Assembly: GCA_964016885.1 (NCBI GenBank)
Contig: OZ024751.1
Span: forward strand, 23,994,001 to 24,058,000
From: Eledone cirrhosa
Taxonomy: Eukaryota
Direction: 5' to 3'
Length of the DNA stretch: 64,000 bases
Shown: one piece after another, positions 41,759 through 56,599 of the stretch
How the letters are laid out: each line of letters starts with the position of its first letter
How positions within the stretch are numbered: position 1 is the stretch's first letter
Made by a program: the position numbers and the translations under genes
The notes under the pieces: generated by a model
Told to the model about the DNA's origin: nothing
What the model saw: only the letters and a program-made list of their open reading frames with translations
The model's database searches: none

Positions 41759-41945
41759 GGTGGTGGATTGGCAGTATCGGTAGAGGGTCGGACGTCATGC
41801 TTTCCAGCATAGTTACGTCCCTTTACGATCTGAGTTCAAATCCCGCCAAGGTTGACTTTGCCTTTCATCCTTACGGGGTCGATAAAATAAAGTACCAGTA
41901 ATGCACTGGGTAATTGCTGGCCTTGTGCCTAAAGTAGAAACAATT
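41759..41945 (+). mobile_element. Nin/Deu-type SINE, full length, 17-bp TSD
   Basis: ATTATTAATAGCTTTTA at 41742-41758 and 41943-41959. Confidence 0.9.
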
Positions 41946-43181
41946 ATTAATAGCTTTTACAGAAATCCAGTATATATTATATTACTTCAAATCCTAGGTC
42001 ATTCAACGCTAAACTGAATCTCGTTAATGTATATTAAAGAATAGGTGACATTACGGAGAATGAAAATACTTTTATATAAACTGAGTTTAATAGGTACATT
42101 GCCATAAAGACATATTGATTAATGGATATAACACTATCAGTGTGAATACAAATATAGATTATAGTCTTAAATACAAAGAAAGGAGAAAGCAATGTAAAGA
42201 TATAATTAATTTTGGATGATTTGCAACAGTTTACATTGTGATTAATTAGCGTAGATACTTTGTTAATATAAAACAATAGTAATGAAGATATGTCCTTTAC
42301 TAAACGATAGACAATGATATATTAGGTGCAGTCGTAGGGTTATTTTCATTTATTTGCTTGATGTCGCTTTCAACAATTTCTTGTCAACCGTTATCTTCTT
42401 ATGTATATTTGCGTCGAGCAAGGTGACTTTCATGTCATACATATCTTCAATTATAGGACTTTTGTGGTATTGTATTATCTTTAATTTTTCAGAGCTAATA
42501 ATAATAGAAAGGAGAGCTGTTGCTCAGTTGCTCATATGGTTACTTTTCTGTTTTACTTTACTTACATCCATCCACATGGTTCAGGAAAATGCGTGTAATT
42601 CTGATTTAGTTCCTCAGCTATATTCTTTCACCTGATGAATCATCTATGAATCACAAATACCAATGGAGTTTGTCGTACACAAATCTTTCTGGAAGATTAT
42701 TTCATCGACCATGAAATAATAAATGTCACAATGCAGTTCGACAGGATTTGAAATCCAAATATATAGAACTTGATTAAATAACTTAAAGTATTTTTTGTGA
42801 CAGGTGGTGAAATGGAAGATTCATCAGGACGCTGAATAGAATGGTTTGCGGTATTCGTTTCGGCTATCTGCTCCATGAGTTCAAATCTCGCCGAGATCAA
42901 CTTTACCTTTCATCCATTCGACATCGATAAAGCAAGTACCAGTCAAGTACGGGGGCCGAGTCGTCCTCTATATCTCTTTCTCATTTCCATTCTCTCAATT
43001 TCTCAATTCTGCGTTACTGATAATTTATGTTATTGATCCTGTAAGGATTAAAGGCAAAGCTAACCTCGGCTGAATTTGAACTCAGAGCGTAAAAAATACC
43101 CATAATGGTTTGAATTTTCAAATCGAGAAAAAAACGAGGTAGAATATTTTTAGACAGTAGATTCTGGAAAAGATACAATCC

Positions 43182-43254
<73 letters not shown>

Positions 43255-43261
<7 letters not shown>

Positions 43262-43581
43262 ATTATGTAATAAACAACATAAGGCAATTATTCCATTTAC
43301 CAGTGGTTTCTTAAAAGCAAAAGGTTTTGCTTTCAATCCTCAGAATGAAAAATCCTGGTTTGTTTATTGAATATGGATTCTAAAGGTTTTTAGAATCCAT
43401 ATTCAATAAACAAACCAGGATTTTTCATTCTGAGGATTGAAAGGAAAACCTTTTGCTTTTAAGAAACCACTGGTAAATGGAATAATTGCCTTATGTTGTT
43501 TATTACATAATAATAATAATTAAGCTCTGTTGCTTACATAGAGCACTCTTTTTTCCTGGACTTTTCCGATGGAATTACTTC

Positions 43582-43585
<4 letters not shown>
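43255..43585. mobile_element. Palindromic HHR cassette
   Basis: Arms 43255-43382 and 43390-43520; CATT-CTGAGGA-TTGAAAG...CTTTTAA-GAAA-CCACTGG-TA-AATG from 43426. Confidence 0.85.
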
Positions 43586-43623
<38 letters not shown>

Positions 43624-43627
<4 letters not shown>

Positions 43628-43817
43628 CGAAGGAAATGTGGTAAGAAACCAGGTGGACCATAACGCACCAAAGTACTCAATACTTGGGGTAGTAGAGTGG
43701 GTAATAGGAACCAGTAAGACCCCGACGGCTGAGCTCAAGCCGTTCGACGGCTAATTCAGTCCAGAATTAGCCGTCGAAACGGCTTGAGCTCAGCCGTCGG
43801 GGTCTTACTGGTTCCTA
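43624..43817. mobile_element. Family X foldback cassette
   Basis: 43704-43757 is inverted with 43764-43817. Confidence 0.85.
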
Positions 43818-43858
43818 TATATATATATATATATATATATACAAATATATATATATAC

Positions 43859-43981
<123 letters not shown>

Positions 43982-44060
43982 TTTAACAACGTTCAATGAA
44001 TTAATCAATGAATCTGAATTTTAACCACCAACACAGTCAAGGTATGTCAGACATCAATTT

Positions 44061-44125
44061 ATTTTATCTGATGAGGACGTACTGTTGAAATAGCTCAGTA
44101 CCTCTGAAATATGTATAATAAAATA
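44061..44125 (+). ncRNA. Type I hammerhead ribozyme
   Basis: ATTTTAT-CTGATGA-G-GAcGTACTG...CAGTACcTC-T-GAAA-TATGTA-TA-ATAAAAT. Confidence 0.75.
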
Positions 44126-44191
44126 TATTTGATCACATGAATATCTATATTTATTAATATTTTGAAGTAATAAATATATATATATATATAT

Positions 44192-44323
<132 letters not shown>

Positions 44324-44907
44324 CATGAATCCTCTATTGGATTAGTAAGGTTATTAATATACGACTGGTGAAATATCTTCTATATCATCATGAAGTTATA
44401 CTTCAATATAAAACGTTACATGTTATAAAAAGATAATAGCTTATTCTTTATAAAGTTTTTCTTCTTTCTTATTGTATTGGTATATTATATTCAACAAATT
44501 TCATTTGATATATAAAATGTTTGTAAGAAAAAAAAATTAAAAGATATGAATTTGTGATGCAATTTCTGATATCAACTATGAAAGAATCCCCAAATGAAAA
44601 ACAGGAAGTCATACAACGAAGGTATCATCCTAAATATAGGCTATGTTAAAGATTATATAGTTGATAGAAATAGATAGATATGCTCATTTGAAAAAACAGA
44701 TGCTATAGTATGAAGAAGATAAGATAATAGTATTTGTGTTATGTGTTATCAGTGAGAAGACGAATGACGTAAAAGCGATACACATTACTTTCACATCTTT
44801 CATAGAAATTGAGATATTATACTTATACATATAAATAGGATATTAAGGAGGCGCGATCCAATGTTATATCAGTTTATGCTAATTCTTGTATATACATACA
44901 TACATAA

Positions 44908-44944
<37 letters not shown>

Positions 44945-44991
44945 CATACATATCAGAGCCCTCTTTGGATTTTAGTCTTCACATTTATTAC

Positions 44992-45069
<78 letters not shown>

Positions 45070-45071
<2 letters not shown>

Positions 45072-45757
45072 AAGGCGGGTAAAATTCACGAGATCCATGG
45101 ACGAGTTCTCTCCAGCGGTCTCTGTCCCTCATTATCGCTGCCATGTCCTGCGTCTCCAACAGACCAGTGTCTGTCCTTAGGGCATCAACATACGTTAACC
45201 TTGGTCTTCTTCCTCTTCTAGTGTGTCCATGTAGGGGCTCCCAAAGGAGCACTGAGTGCAATGTCAACTCTGGATGTCGGTGAACATGTCCAGCTAACCT
45301 CAGTCTCCTCTGTGTCACTTTTGAGCTGACTTTTGGGATGCTCCCATACAGCTCTGAGTTTTTCATCCTTAGTGTATACTGATTAATGTTCAGAGCCATC
45401 CTCAGCATTCTCGTGTAGCACCCATCCACCATCTGAGTGAGTTTCTTGGTCAGTGTGCAAGTCTTAGACCCATACAGCAGCACAGACTCCACTACAGCAA
45501 TAATTTTCAGGTCTCTACGAAGGTCCGACTTCCACACCGATCTCAAGCTGTGTCGATGGGTGTGGGGCTGAGAATGAATGAGACTAAAACAAAATATCTG
45601 GTAGAGAATGTTGAGAAGCCAGAAGGGATCACTAATGTAGACGGGAAGCCGCTAGAATTGGTTGAGGGCTTCCTGTATTTGGGAGCAAAGATTGGGAATA
45701 CGGAAGATGATGTGGTTGAGAGGAAGAGCAAGGCCTGGGTGGCGTGTCACAGCTTGA
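45070..45757 (-). pseudogene. RTE-clade LINE RT/C-terminal fragment, 5'-truncated with inversion
   Basis: + segment 45553-45757 (GLRMNETKTKY...VEGFLYLGA) is continuous in protein with - segment 45552-45070 (VESVLLYGS..T...RLRLAGH...GRRPR..Y). Confidence 0.9.
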
Positions 45758-46298
45758 TATATATATGTGTGTATGTATGTATGTATATATATGTGTATGT
45801 GTATGTATGTATATATATATATATATGTATGTATGTATGTATGTATATAAGTATATATATATCGGAAAGAGTGAACCATTAACCCACAAGAGTACTCGAT
45901 ACTTGGAGTAGTAGAATGGGTAATTTGAAAAGATTCTGGACCCGGACGGTGGAGCTCAGCCGTCGGGGTCCTGAATCTTTTCATATATATATATACATAT
46001 ATATATATATATGCGTGTGTGTCAGTATGTGTGTGTATGTGTGTGTGTCTGCGTGTTTGTCTATGTGCAGAGTGAGCATGTGCATATATACACCTACAAC
46101 ATAAGCTATTCGCCACACACGGTTCATTCAGGAATAACACACCTCCGTCCAAATATGTCCCCACATCAGGGCAAAATCCCAACTACATGCAACAACTATT
46201 GCTTGGGGTGACGAACCTCATCAGGTTGCAGCCGTCATACTATGAAGTTTGCACTAAGCTATATAGATATGCACTATATATTTGTATATATATATAAA

Positions 46299-46420
<122 letters not shown>

Positions 46421-46664
46421 GTTTTGCGAGGCTTTTGATATGAAATCGTGTGTCGAAACAAATATTGTTATACTTGGGGAGGGTCATATTTGTGTAATAT
46501 TGCCAGAATTAATAACAGAACACACTCACTGTTTGGTTGGTTTTCGTTTCTGTGTCTTTTATATCAGTTAATTTAATTTATTCGGTCCTCAATGTTGCCA
46601 TTGACTGACCAACGGTCAAAAATACAGATACAATATAGACACAAACACATATATATAGTCTATC

Positions 46665-46705
46665 AAAGTTCTTTCGTTGCACATCTGCAACATCGTCAGT
46701 GTTGC
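46665..46705 (-). ncRNA. Hammerhead ribozyme core in the PLE 3' region, same sense as the ORF
   Basis: Minus strand CTGACGA-T-GTTGCA GATG TGCAAC-GAAA-GAAC-TT. Confidence 0.7.
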
Positions 46706-47017
46706 CATTATGTTTCCTCCCGTTGCATTGTATGTTTACGCCATCTTTATTTAGTCTGTTCATTTACTTATTTATTTGTTTATTTTTTTGTCTTCTCTGC
46801 GCATGCGTTTGCGTATAGTGTTTTGTTTGATGTGTGTTCTTGTTTGGGTGACTGTGTTTTGGTTAATGTATTCTATCTTAGTTTACTAGTGTGTGTTTAT
46901 ATGTGTTTGTTGTTATTGTGCTTGTCTATGTATTTATCTATTTATTTATTTATCTATCTATCTATTTATACTTCTCTTAGGTCAGTGTTGTTTGTTTGGG
47001 TGTTGTTGTTATTCCAT

Positions 47018-48571
47018 TCATTTTTTTCTCTTTAACCTTGGCTTTCTAAGTTCTATTTCGCTGGCTTCTCTGATTTGCCTATCTGCTGGGTCATTTGTTT
47101 ATTTAGATATTATTCTAACTTCTATGTTGTCTATGTTACCGTTGTGTTGTTGTCTGGCATGTTCGTATATTTCTGAACCGTTTTTTTCGTCCTTTTAGTT
47201 CCCCCAGTGTTGGTCTATCCTTTCACTAATGCTACGAGCTGTCTCGCCTATGTATGTTGTTGTCATGTTTCTGCAAGTACCCTCTGTACATCTTATGCTA
47301 TAGACTACGTTTCTAGTTTTACAGTTTATCCGGGGGTTTACTCTACATATAATACATTTCCTATTAGTACAGTGGGTTTTCTTAAAAGGATAGGTTTTGC
47401 TGATCAGGGATTTTATGGTGGTTCCTGGCTTGTCTACCACCTTAATCTTTAAGTGGGTCTTTCTCAGAGCCTTTCTACACTGGTTAGCTAATTTCCCTCC
47501 AGGAGTAGCGTCCACAAACATGACACTTTGGTATCTCTCGCTGTCGTACCATGAGGTGGCTCTCCCTATCTTCCCTATCTTATGTCTAGTCCTATCTAAG
47601 CTATTCCATGATTTGCTCCTGTATAATGGGCAAATTCCTTTCATGTCCAGTTATATGAGGGTCTTATACTTCTCCGTGGCTCCTTCGTATACTCTGATTC
47701 TGTCTCTTTGGTTGTAGCCAGAGAACTGCATGCGGTTGATGAAGTGTTGGATGTGTCTTTCCATTTCTGTTGGGTCGAACATGCGGGACACGTTCTTCAT
47801 CACACGTACCAAGTCTGCGATCAGAATATTAAACTTAGCACTACTGGACATTGCTGAGTTTTTGAGTATCAGGTATTTGGAGGCCATGGGTTTAGCATAG
47901 TGTGAGTGGAGAATTTGGGCTCTCTCGTCTATAGCGTTAATCCAGAGTTCCGTGTCTAATACAGGTAGTCTATTGTTAGGGTGTTTGGAAGGGTAGTCGA
48001 TAGTTACAGTTATACTCTGGTGTATGGAATTAGCTATCTGCTGGATGCTTTCCATTGTGCTACGTTCTAAATCAAACTTGTTAGTGCTCTCTTGTGGAGA
48101 TGTCCTTATTATTATATTGATGTCGTCTACGTAACGAGAGTACATGATGAGGTCTGTGGAGCTCTCATCAAGGAGTTCTTTGAGTCTCCTTTCCCACCAT
48201 ACCATAAAAAGGTTGGCAACGTCACCAGCTATGGTGACGCCAATGGCTGCTCCCTCATTTTGGGTGTAGATCTTCTCGTTGAACTTGAATATGTGGCCCT
48301 TTAGGGTAATTTTGATACTAGCCCCTATTGCATGTGCGACCATTTTTCTTATCTGATCATTGTTTTGGGGGGTCTGTATAGCTTTGGTCCACCCAATCCG
48401 CCTTCCCATGGGAGTCTTTTTTGCCATTGAGGTTATGGTGGGGGGTCTACCTCTTATGGGTCTACTGGGGCAGAAACGTCTAAGGTCATGGCTGTCTAGG
48501 TATTCAATGTCTCAGGTAAGTCTAAGTAGGAGGCCCAGTTCGTCTGTGTCGACGTCGCAGAACTCTCAATG
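47018..48571 (-). pseudogene. PLE reverse transcriptase-GIY-YIG endonuclease ORF with in-frame stops
   Basis: IYTQNEGAAIG (B'), YSRYVDDI (C), LPVLD (E), thumb HYAKPM...FSGY, linker CTNRKCIIC, NVVYSIRC...YIGETARS..ERIDQH; continues past TAA stops to IYEHARQQH and RQIREA. Confidence 0.92.
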
Positions 48572-48741
48572 ATCATCTCCACACATTTTTTTTTACCGTT
48601 GGTCAGTCAATGGCAACATTGAGGACCGAATAAATTAAATTAACCGATATAAAAGACACAGAAGCGAAAACCAACCAAATAGTGAGTGTGTTCTGTTATT
48701 AATTCTGGCAATATTACACAAATATGACCCTCTCCAAGTAT

Positions 48742-48789
<48 letters not shown>

Positions 48790-48794
48790 ATACT

Positions 48795-48828
<34 letters not shown>

Positions 48829-48849
48829 TCCGTTTACCAATTCCGTTTA

Positions 48850-48914
<65 letters not shown>

Positions 48915-48965
48915 TTATATATCTATATATATACATACATATACACATGTACTTATATATATAAG

Positions 48966-48998
<33 letters not shown>

Positions 48999-49313
48999 CA
49001 CATTCTATTCTTGTACTATACATGAAATTAAATATAATATTACTGAGAATAAGTGTGATCCGGGCAATATAACATTTCAATTGAATTGTTTGCTACAAAA
49101 CAGATAAAGATGTAATAAAAGAAAAATGATGTTTTCCAAGAATAAAATTTAATGCAGAACATCCGTAATTGTTAACACTTACCTAGCTTCACATTTGTGT
49201 TATATTTTTAGAACTGTCTCATCTCTCACGTCTCCATATATCTCATATGAGATAGCTTAATATCTCCTGCAAGAAACTATATATACATATATATATATAT
49301 ATGTATAGACATA

Positions 49314-49373
<60 letters not shown>

Positions 49374-49375
49374 TC

Positions 49376-49413
<38 letters not shown>

Positions 49414-49418
<5 letters not shown>

Positions 49419-49715
49419 AAAAAGAAATGAAATCGAAAATGCAACTGGAGTCTTATTTTTTTTTAAATATATATATTTATTTGGTTCCTTTATCGGTTTC
49501 CCAGTTCTTCTGCTTTTCAAAAGGTGAGTTGAGAAAAACCACAGATGTGAGAAAAACCACAGACCCTCCATCTCAACTCACCTTTTGAAAAGCAGAAGAA
49601 CTGTGAAACCGGTAAAGGAACCAAATAAATATATATATTTTAAAAAAAAATAAGACTCCAGTTGCATTTTCGATTTCATCTCTTTTTCTTTATACTTTCA
49701 CTCGTGTAGGACACC
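49414..49715. mobile_element. Palindromic cassette with the 3' half of an HHR
   Basis: 49414-49534 is inverted with 49571-49692; GAAA-CCGG-TA at ~49605; spacer has GAGAAAAACCACAGA twice. Confidence 0.8.
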
Positions 49716-49751
49716 TCGGTTATTTTTCATTTTGTAAAAAAAAAACCTCAC

Positions 49752-49850
<99 letters not shown>

Positions 49851-49859
49851 TGTATATAT

Positions 49860-49904
<45 letters not shown>

Positions 49905-50457
49905 TATACATATACGTATATATGTATATACACATATATACACATATATGTATATATGTATGTACATATATATACATATATGTATATATGTATATATATA
50001 CGTGTATGTGTGTGTGCCTCTGTGTGTGTGTGTGTGTGTGTGTGTATGTATATAAAGTATTTATCAAGACTCTCTTGTAAAATGGCTGGCAGATACATCT
50101 GCTAATTTGATATGTTTAAATTTGATTAAAATTCCATTACAGTACGGCTTGATTTTTTTCTTTTTGTTTTCTGTTTTTTTTCAATTCAGTTTGATAGGAA
50201 GGTGTTTCCGTGTCAAAGTTCAGACTTACAGATGTTTCGTAGATAAGTGAATTAATATACGCAGATCGCGTTCATGCACATCTTTTAGTATGTGTGTGTG
50301 TGCTTGGGTGTATGTGTGTGTGTGCTTGGGTGTATGTGTGTCTTCTCTATCAGCTTATGTGTACTAGAACACTTATATCGAACAAAACCATACGTAGATG
50401 TTTACGTACTTATATTTGCACATGCATATACACATTCACAGGCACACTCTCACACAA

Positions 50458-50579
<122 letters not shown>

Positions 50580-51207
50580 GTATAATAAATGAAGAATTAG
50601 AAATAGAAGTTAGGAATATTCATCATCAGTTGTCTACTAGCCACAATAGGTATTTATTCGCATTACAGACAATATATCTCTAGCCAGGGCGAAACAATAA
50701 CTAAAATATGTTATTGGGATAAAAAGATTTGGGTGGAGAAAGAGAAAGAGAGACAGGTAAACAGACAAGAAATGGTGATGCAACATAAAGAGAGGAAAAA
50801 ATGAAAAAATGAAGTCAATAATTCATTTCGAACATAAAGACGGCCGAATTTTGACGTGAAGGTAAAGACACATCTTAGCCGTACGGATGTGAGCGAGAAG
50901 AAAGATCGCGTACGGTGTGGGACGATGGAGGAACTGAGAGAGAGGGTGAGTAGCAGAGAGTGAGTGAGTGAAAGTGCGAGGAAGAGGCTAGCCGAGAGAG
51001 GGAGACTAGCAGAGGGGGAGAGTGAAAGTAAGTGGAGAAGGTGAGTGAAGGGGGAGAGAGAAAGAGGATAGCTGTAAGGTAAGAGAAAAAAGACAGGTCA
51101 CAGCGAAAGAGAAAGCATATATAAATAAAAAACGGCGAGGTGTGATTCCAATTCTCTAACCACTCATCCACACGCCTTCACAAATACATACATATATATA
51201 TATATAT

Positions 51208-51351
<144 letters not shown>

Positions 51352-51369
51352 ATATATATATATATATAC

Positions 51370-51679
51370 AGGAGGACATGATATGAAGGTTAAAAACACT
51401 TGTGGATAGTGCAGTTTTAAATCAACATATGTTGATTTAAAACTGCACTATCCACAAGTGTTTTTTACCCTTCATATCATGTTCTCCTCTTTTATCTGAT
51501 GAAAACACAAATATTATTGCATGATGATGTTTGTTTTTGAAATGCGCATAATAAAATACATGGAACTCCTTTAACCATCTTTTGATCTTATATTATGTAT
51601 ACTCCAGTCCTACAAACTGTAGAGTGCTTCTTATCCGATATCTGCATTGCTTTATTGTACTACAATAAAACTCACCTCC

Positions 51680-51683
<4 letters not shown>
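51370..51683 (+). mobile_element. HHR cassette with 5' hairpin
   Basis: Hairpin 51370-51489 centred on CATATG; TTTTAT-CTGATGA...GAAA-TGCGCA-TA-ATAAAA at 51490-51556; fragment copy at 32590-32657. Confidence 0.8.
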
Positions 51684-51713
<30 letters not shown>

Positions 51714-51716
<3 letters not shown>

Positions 51717-51932
51717 CAAGGCGTGTGGATGAGTGGTTATAGAATTGCATTCACAATCTTGAGGTTGTGGGTTCGATTCCTGGACCGGGCGATGCGTTAT
51801 GTTCTTGAGCAAGACACTTTATTTCACGTTGCTCCTTCTACCTGGAGTTGAGACCGATAGATAGTATTAGCAACTGGAAAGACCGACGAAAACATTGTTT
51901 CCTCGGTCCGAATTGACGAAAGTCGATCGATC
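51714..51932 (+). mobile_element. tRNA-head CORE-type SINE
   Basis: TGGATGAGTGGT A-box, GGTTCGATTCC B-box and TTGAGCAAGACACTT CORE-like motif; reverse head-only copy at 51135-51185. Confidence 0.75.
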
Positions 51933-52008
51933 CTTTATATGTATGTATGTATATATATATATATATAACGAGGGTCTATGGCTCGGTTAATTTATCGTGG
52001 TATATCGT

Positions 52009-52046
<38 letters not shown>

Positions 52047-52677
52047 CTTTATGTGTGCATATGAAATATATATGTGCGTATACGTGATTTATTCAATTGC
52101 AAGAAACACTGTTGTGGTGTTTCAGGAAAGCGAGTTGATAGTTTAATTAGGTTCTTAGGAGACGAATTGGGGTTAGGTATTTGTGTAGGAGGTGTCAGGA
52201 GGTAGAGAACAGAGGAAGTGGGAGAAGAGTGTAACTGAAATGCATATGTTGATTGTATCATTGTTTCAGAATTTGGGTTGTTATTCGAAATAGTCCATAG
52301 ATTTATTAGTACGAGATATACCCCCTTAAGTGTGTGGATCTTTAAATATATAGTTATAATCACTATATTTTTAGTCTCAGAAAGGCAGGAATATTTGATA
52401 TAAAGTTAGTAGCTTCAACGTATACTTTTGACTCTGAGCTCCTGGTATCGGCGCTGTACAAAATTCTCTGTCTCTGTCACCATGGTCTTATATGCTCAAC
52501 TTAGACTATTTTCCAAGAAAGTTAACCAGGAATCTTATGAAAAATGCCCACCGATGTTAACAAAAATCTTAATAGATCTACAAAACAAAATTGTAAAATT
52601 ATAATATAATAACATTAAATTGTTTAGAACTACAAGTGAAGTCATTCTCTTTTCCTTTATTCATATATATAGTAAAC

Positions 52678-52822
52678 TAGTAAACTAAGATAGAATACAA
52701 TAACCAAAACACAGTCACCCAAACGCGAACACACATCAAACACTATACACATACGCAAACACATACGCAGAGAAGACAAAAATAAATAAATAAATAAATA
52801 GATTAAATAAAGATGGCGTAGA
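52678..52822 (+). mobile_element. Fragment of the 3' non-coding region of the 46420 PLE
   Basis: Reverse-complement similarity to 46737-46890. Confidence 0.75.
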
Positions 52823-54142
52823 AGATTGTGTGTGTGCATATAATATATATAATATATATATATATTATATACATTATATATATATATATATTATATATAT
52901 ATATATATATTATATATATATATATATATATATGGGCGTGTGGGTATATCTGTGTATCTATGTAGGCATGTACATTACAATATATATAAATATGCTTGTC
53001 CCTAAATGATCTAAGTAACTAAGGGTAAAAAAAAGATATATATCATAAAATAAAACGTGCAAACTAACGGCAGTCAATCTGACAATAACAGAATTTTGAA
53101 TATAATATATTACTCTAGTATTATTCATCCAAACCATTTGACTCTTTCGTGAAACACGTTAACCTCGAAACAGACAGCTATATTTACCACATATGAGTCA
53201 AAAGACATTAAAAAATACAACATCCTATCCGCGAAAGTTATAAATAGCATGTATATCTCTAGTTGTATTTTGTGGCATCATTTGTCTTTCCCCAACCAGT
53301 AAAAGGAACTATTAGAAGAAGGTTGAATACGTGATCTAATCAAGTAACATCTTGAAAGCCGGAAGGAACTTCAAAAATAATTAGTTTTCAGTGGATGAAT
53401 TACAAATGGATACTCAAAATAGCAAGAGAGAGATGTATACACAACGACGAAATATGAGAAGGAATTTTCATACATGTCCACAGAATGCTATTCTTGTGTA
53501 TGCTGCTCCATAGACACAATTTTGTCGAGTTACGGAGGAAACCTCTGGGTTGATCTTTGACCTGATAGAAATAGCAGCGCCATTTCCTCCTAGTCATAAT
53601 AGAAACGATATTTTCTCAAATTGTAATTCTAACGCAGTTCTAGATTCTGGATGTACTTCTGGATAAGTTTTTAAAAGACCAAGTATGTCAATATTATACT
53701 TCTTTTCTTCATATATTCGCCTGATCTAGGTTAGCAAGGGTTAAACAACAATATTAACGAAACCATAGTATATACTAGCTTTACAAAAACTTTTTTCTTT
53801 TGATTTCCTTGTCATAAACAGGTAGTAAATATCAACAATACCTTGTCATACACTGAAAAAGATAAACATGAAAGCAATTGGAATACATGTTGAAGATGTG
53901 ACTAACAATTCTAATTACTTGTAAAAAACGCCGTCATTTGTTATACACACATCATGTAATATATTCTATTCGTTGCTGGAATTAATACAGGGCATTAATT
54001 CGTAGGAAGAACGTCATCTTAATATACAAACATCGCGGGATATAATCAATTCTTTGATAGAATAATACAGAGCATCAGTTCGTGGGGAGTTTTAGTAATT
54101 TTCAATACGGAAAAAGTAATATACATACATATATACATACGC

Positions 54143-54209
<67 letters not shown>

Positions 54210-54223
54210 ACATATAAATATAT

Positions 54224-54344
<121 letters not shown>

Positions 54345-54647
54345 TATAATTGAGAATTGACGATTTCCTAAGAACATCTGAAATAATTGTCAGCAACAAA
54401 CAGGAAGTAGCCTTCATTGTTCTGTTCGTTAATTGTTACACACATGAATGTGAGTTTATATGTGTATATATGTGTATATGTGTGTATATGTACAATGTAT
54501 TAACTAAGTGACATGTCTTTTGTGTGTTGTACCTTGTCAAATCAAACCAAGGAAATTATGATCTATATATTACTGTATACTTATAACACATGACAAACAA
54601 CATCCATCATTACTCACAGACAGATAAGCTTGCTCAAACACACGGCA

Positions 54648-54701
<54 letters not shown>

Positions 54702-54822
54702 GTGTGTGTGTGCGCATGTGTGTGTATCTATTTATATATATATGTATATACATATATATACATATATAAATACATATATGTACATATACATATATATGTA
54801 TATATATATATATATATATGTG

Positions 54823-55222
54823 TGTAGAAGTTATATTTAATGTGTTGGGATTCCAACAAACTTAAAAGTTTATAACTGATATAGAGCACTCATCATTTTA
54901 CTGGAATAAATATTCAATATATTAATAAATGGAAACTATATTTATAAAACCATAATTATTTTATTATATATATTTCAAGGGCAACCAACCCAATCTTGGT
55001 GCGCTTTCATCAGATAAAATACAAAATTTGTTTTACAAATAGTCACATAACCATGGAAAACAACCTTGACGGGCGAATTTTCAACCGTCAAGGTTGTTTT
55101 CCATGGTTATGTCACTATTTATAAAACAAATTTTGTATTTTATATGATGAAAGCGCACCAAGATTGGCTTGTTTGCTCTTGAAATATATATAATAAAACA
55201 ATTGTGGTTTTATAAATATAGT
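54823..55222. mobile_element. Palindromic HHR cassette, same family as 60733-61140 in opposite orientation
   Basis: Arms 54918-55071 and 55086-55240; ATTTTAT-CTGATGA-AAGCGCACCA...GAAA-TATATA-TA-ATAAAAT on the minus arm. Confidence 0.85.
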
Positions 55223-55238
55223 TTCCATTTATTAATAT

Positions 55239-55327
<89 letters not shown>

Positions 55328-55911
55328 TTATATGTATGTATGCATGTATGTATATATAAATATATGCATGCATGACTGCATACATACTTGCGTGCATACA
55401 TAAGCACGTACATACGTTCACACACACACGCACGCACATACACACATACATACATACATACATATATACATATATACATACATGAAATATCTCAATATTG
55501 GTCGCAACACCATGAGTTGGACAACTGTGGATTTAGCAATAAAATAGATAATTTCTATTAAAATGATAATTCTGTTTGTCGAAACGTGTTGTTGACAATA
55601 GATCCCTGGAAACTCAATTATTTGCGAAAGAAAATGTTGATGTCGTCCATACATCTCTTAACTCTATTAGTTTATAGTAAATATGTTTCCTACTCTTCAC
55701 AGATCAGAAACTATTTAATTAATGTAGGTATGTTTCTATGTATTTATGTATGTATTTATGTATGAAAATATGTATGTATGTTTGTATGTATGTATGTGTG
55801 TATGTGTGTATGAATGTGTGTGTATGAATGTATGTATGAACGTGTATATCCGTGTATGTGTATATGTATGTAAGATGTTGATGTACACATATATACACTT
55901 TTATACACACG

Positions 55912-55948
<37 letters not shown>

Positions 55949-55994
55949 CCATATATATATGCACACACATGCATACACGCACGCACACACACAA

Positions 55995-56025
<31 letters not shown>

Positions 56026-56290
56026 ATAAATTAAAAGTCGAATGACGTATATATATAAAATAAACACATCAAACAATTACAGGCAATAATTTGTAAAGAG
56101 TGTAAACACATAGTTACGGCGGTAACATATTAAAAAATAACAAGAACCTTGAATATAGATACCATTTTATTTTTATTTTTTGAAAAGAATTTTTAAATTT
56201 ATAATAAATTGGAGTGAAAGCATCTGGTGCGTGTGTTTCTTATTAGCAACATGACCCTCCCAAAGTATAACAATATATATATATATATAT

Positions 56291-56513
56291 ATAGGAACGA
56301 GTAAGACGCCGACGGCTGAGCTCAAACCGTTTCGACTGCTAATTCTGGACTCGAGAATTAGCCATCGAAACGGACTCCAGAATTAGCCTTCGAAACGGCT
56401 TGAGCTCAGCCGTCGGGGTCTTACTCGTTCCTATTACCCACTCTACTACCCTAAATATTGAGTACTTTGGTGCGTTATGGTCCATCTGGTTCCTTACCAC
56501 ATTTCCTTCGTTA
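56291..56513. mobile_element. Family X foldback cassette with duplicated junction
   Basis: Reverse orientation of 43624-43817; AGAATTAGCCwTCGAAACGG is duplicated at the axis. Confidence 0.85.
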
Positions 56514-56599
56514 TATATATATATATATATCTTTCGTATCATTGAAATTTTCTTTGCTTCTTGCATTTAAATATTCCACGACTCTCTACCACTTTTCCT

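Noticed and set aside
46160-46232. Two minus-strand CTGATG motifs as tandem HHRs (similar weak cases at 41425, 42633, 60596 and 62169)
   Set aside because: No intact GAAA/stem III partner; possibly decayed ribozymes but not callable
47018-48571. Selenocysteine read-through as in Naiad PLEs
   Set aside because: Most internal stops are TAA rather than TGA, and the endonuclease is C-terminal; simple decay fits better
53280-53310. Minus-strand TGWGKT peptide reminiscent of a serine protease or P-loop
   Set aside because: Isolated hexapeptide with no supporting frame or motifs
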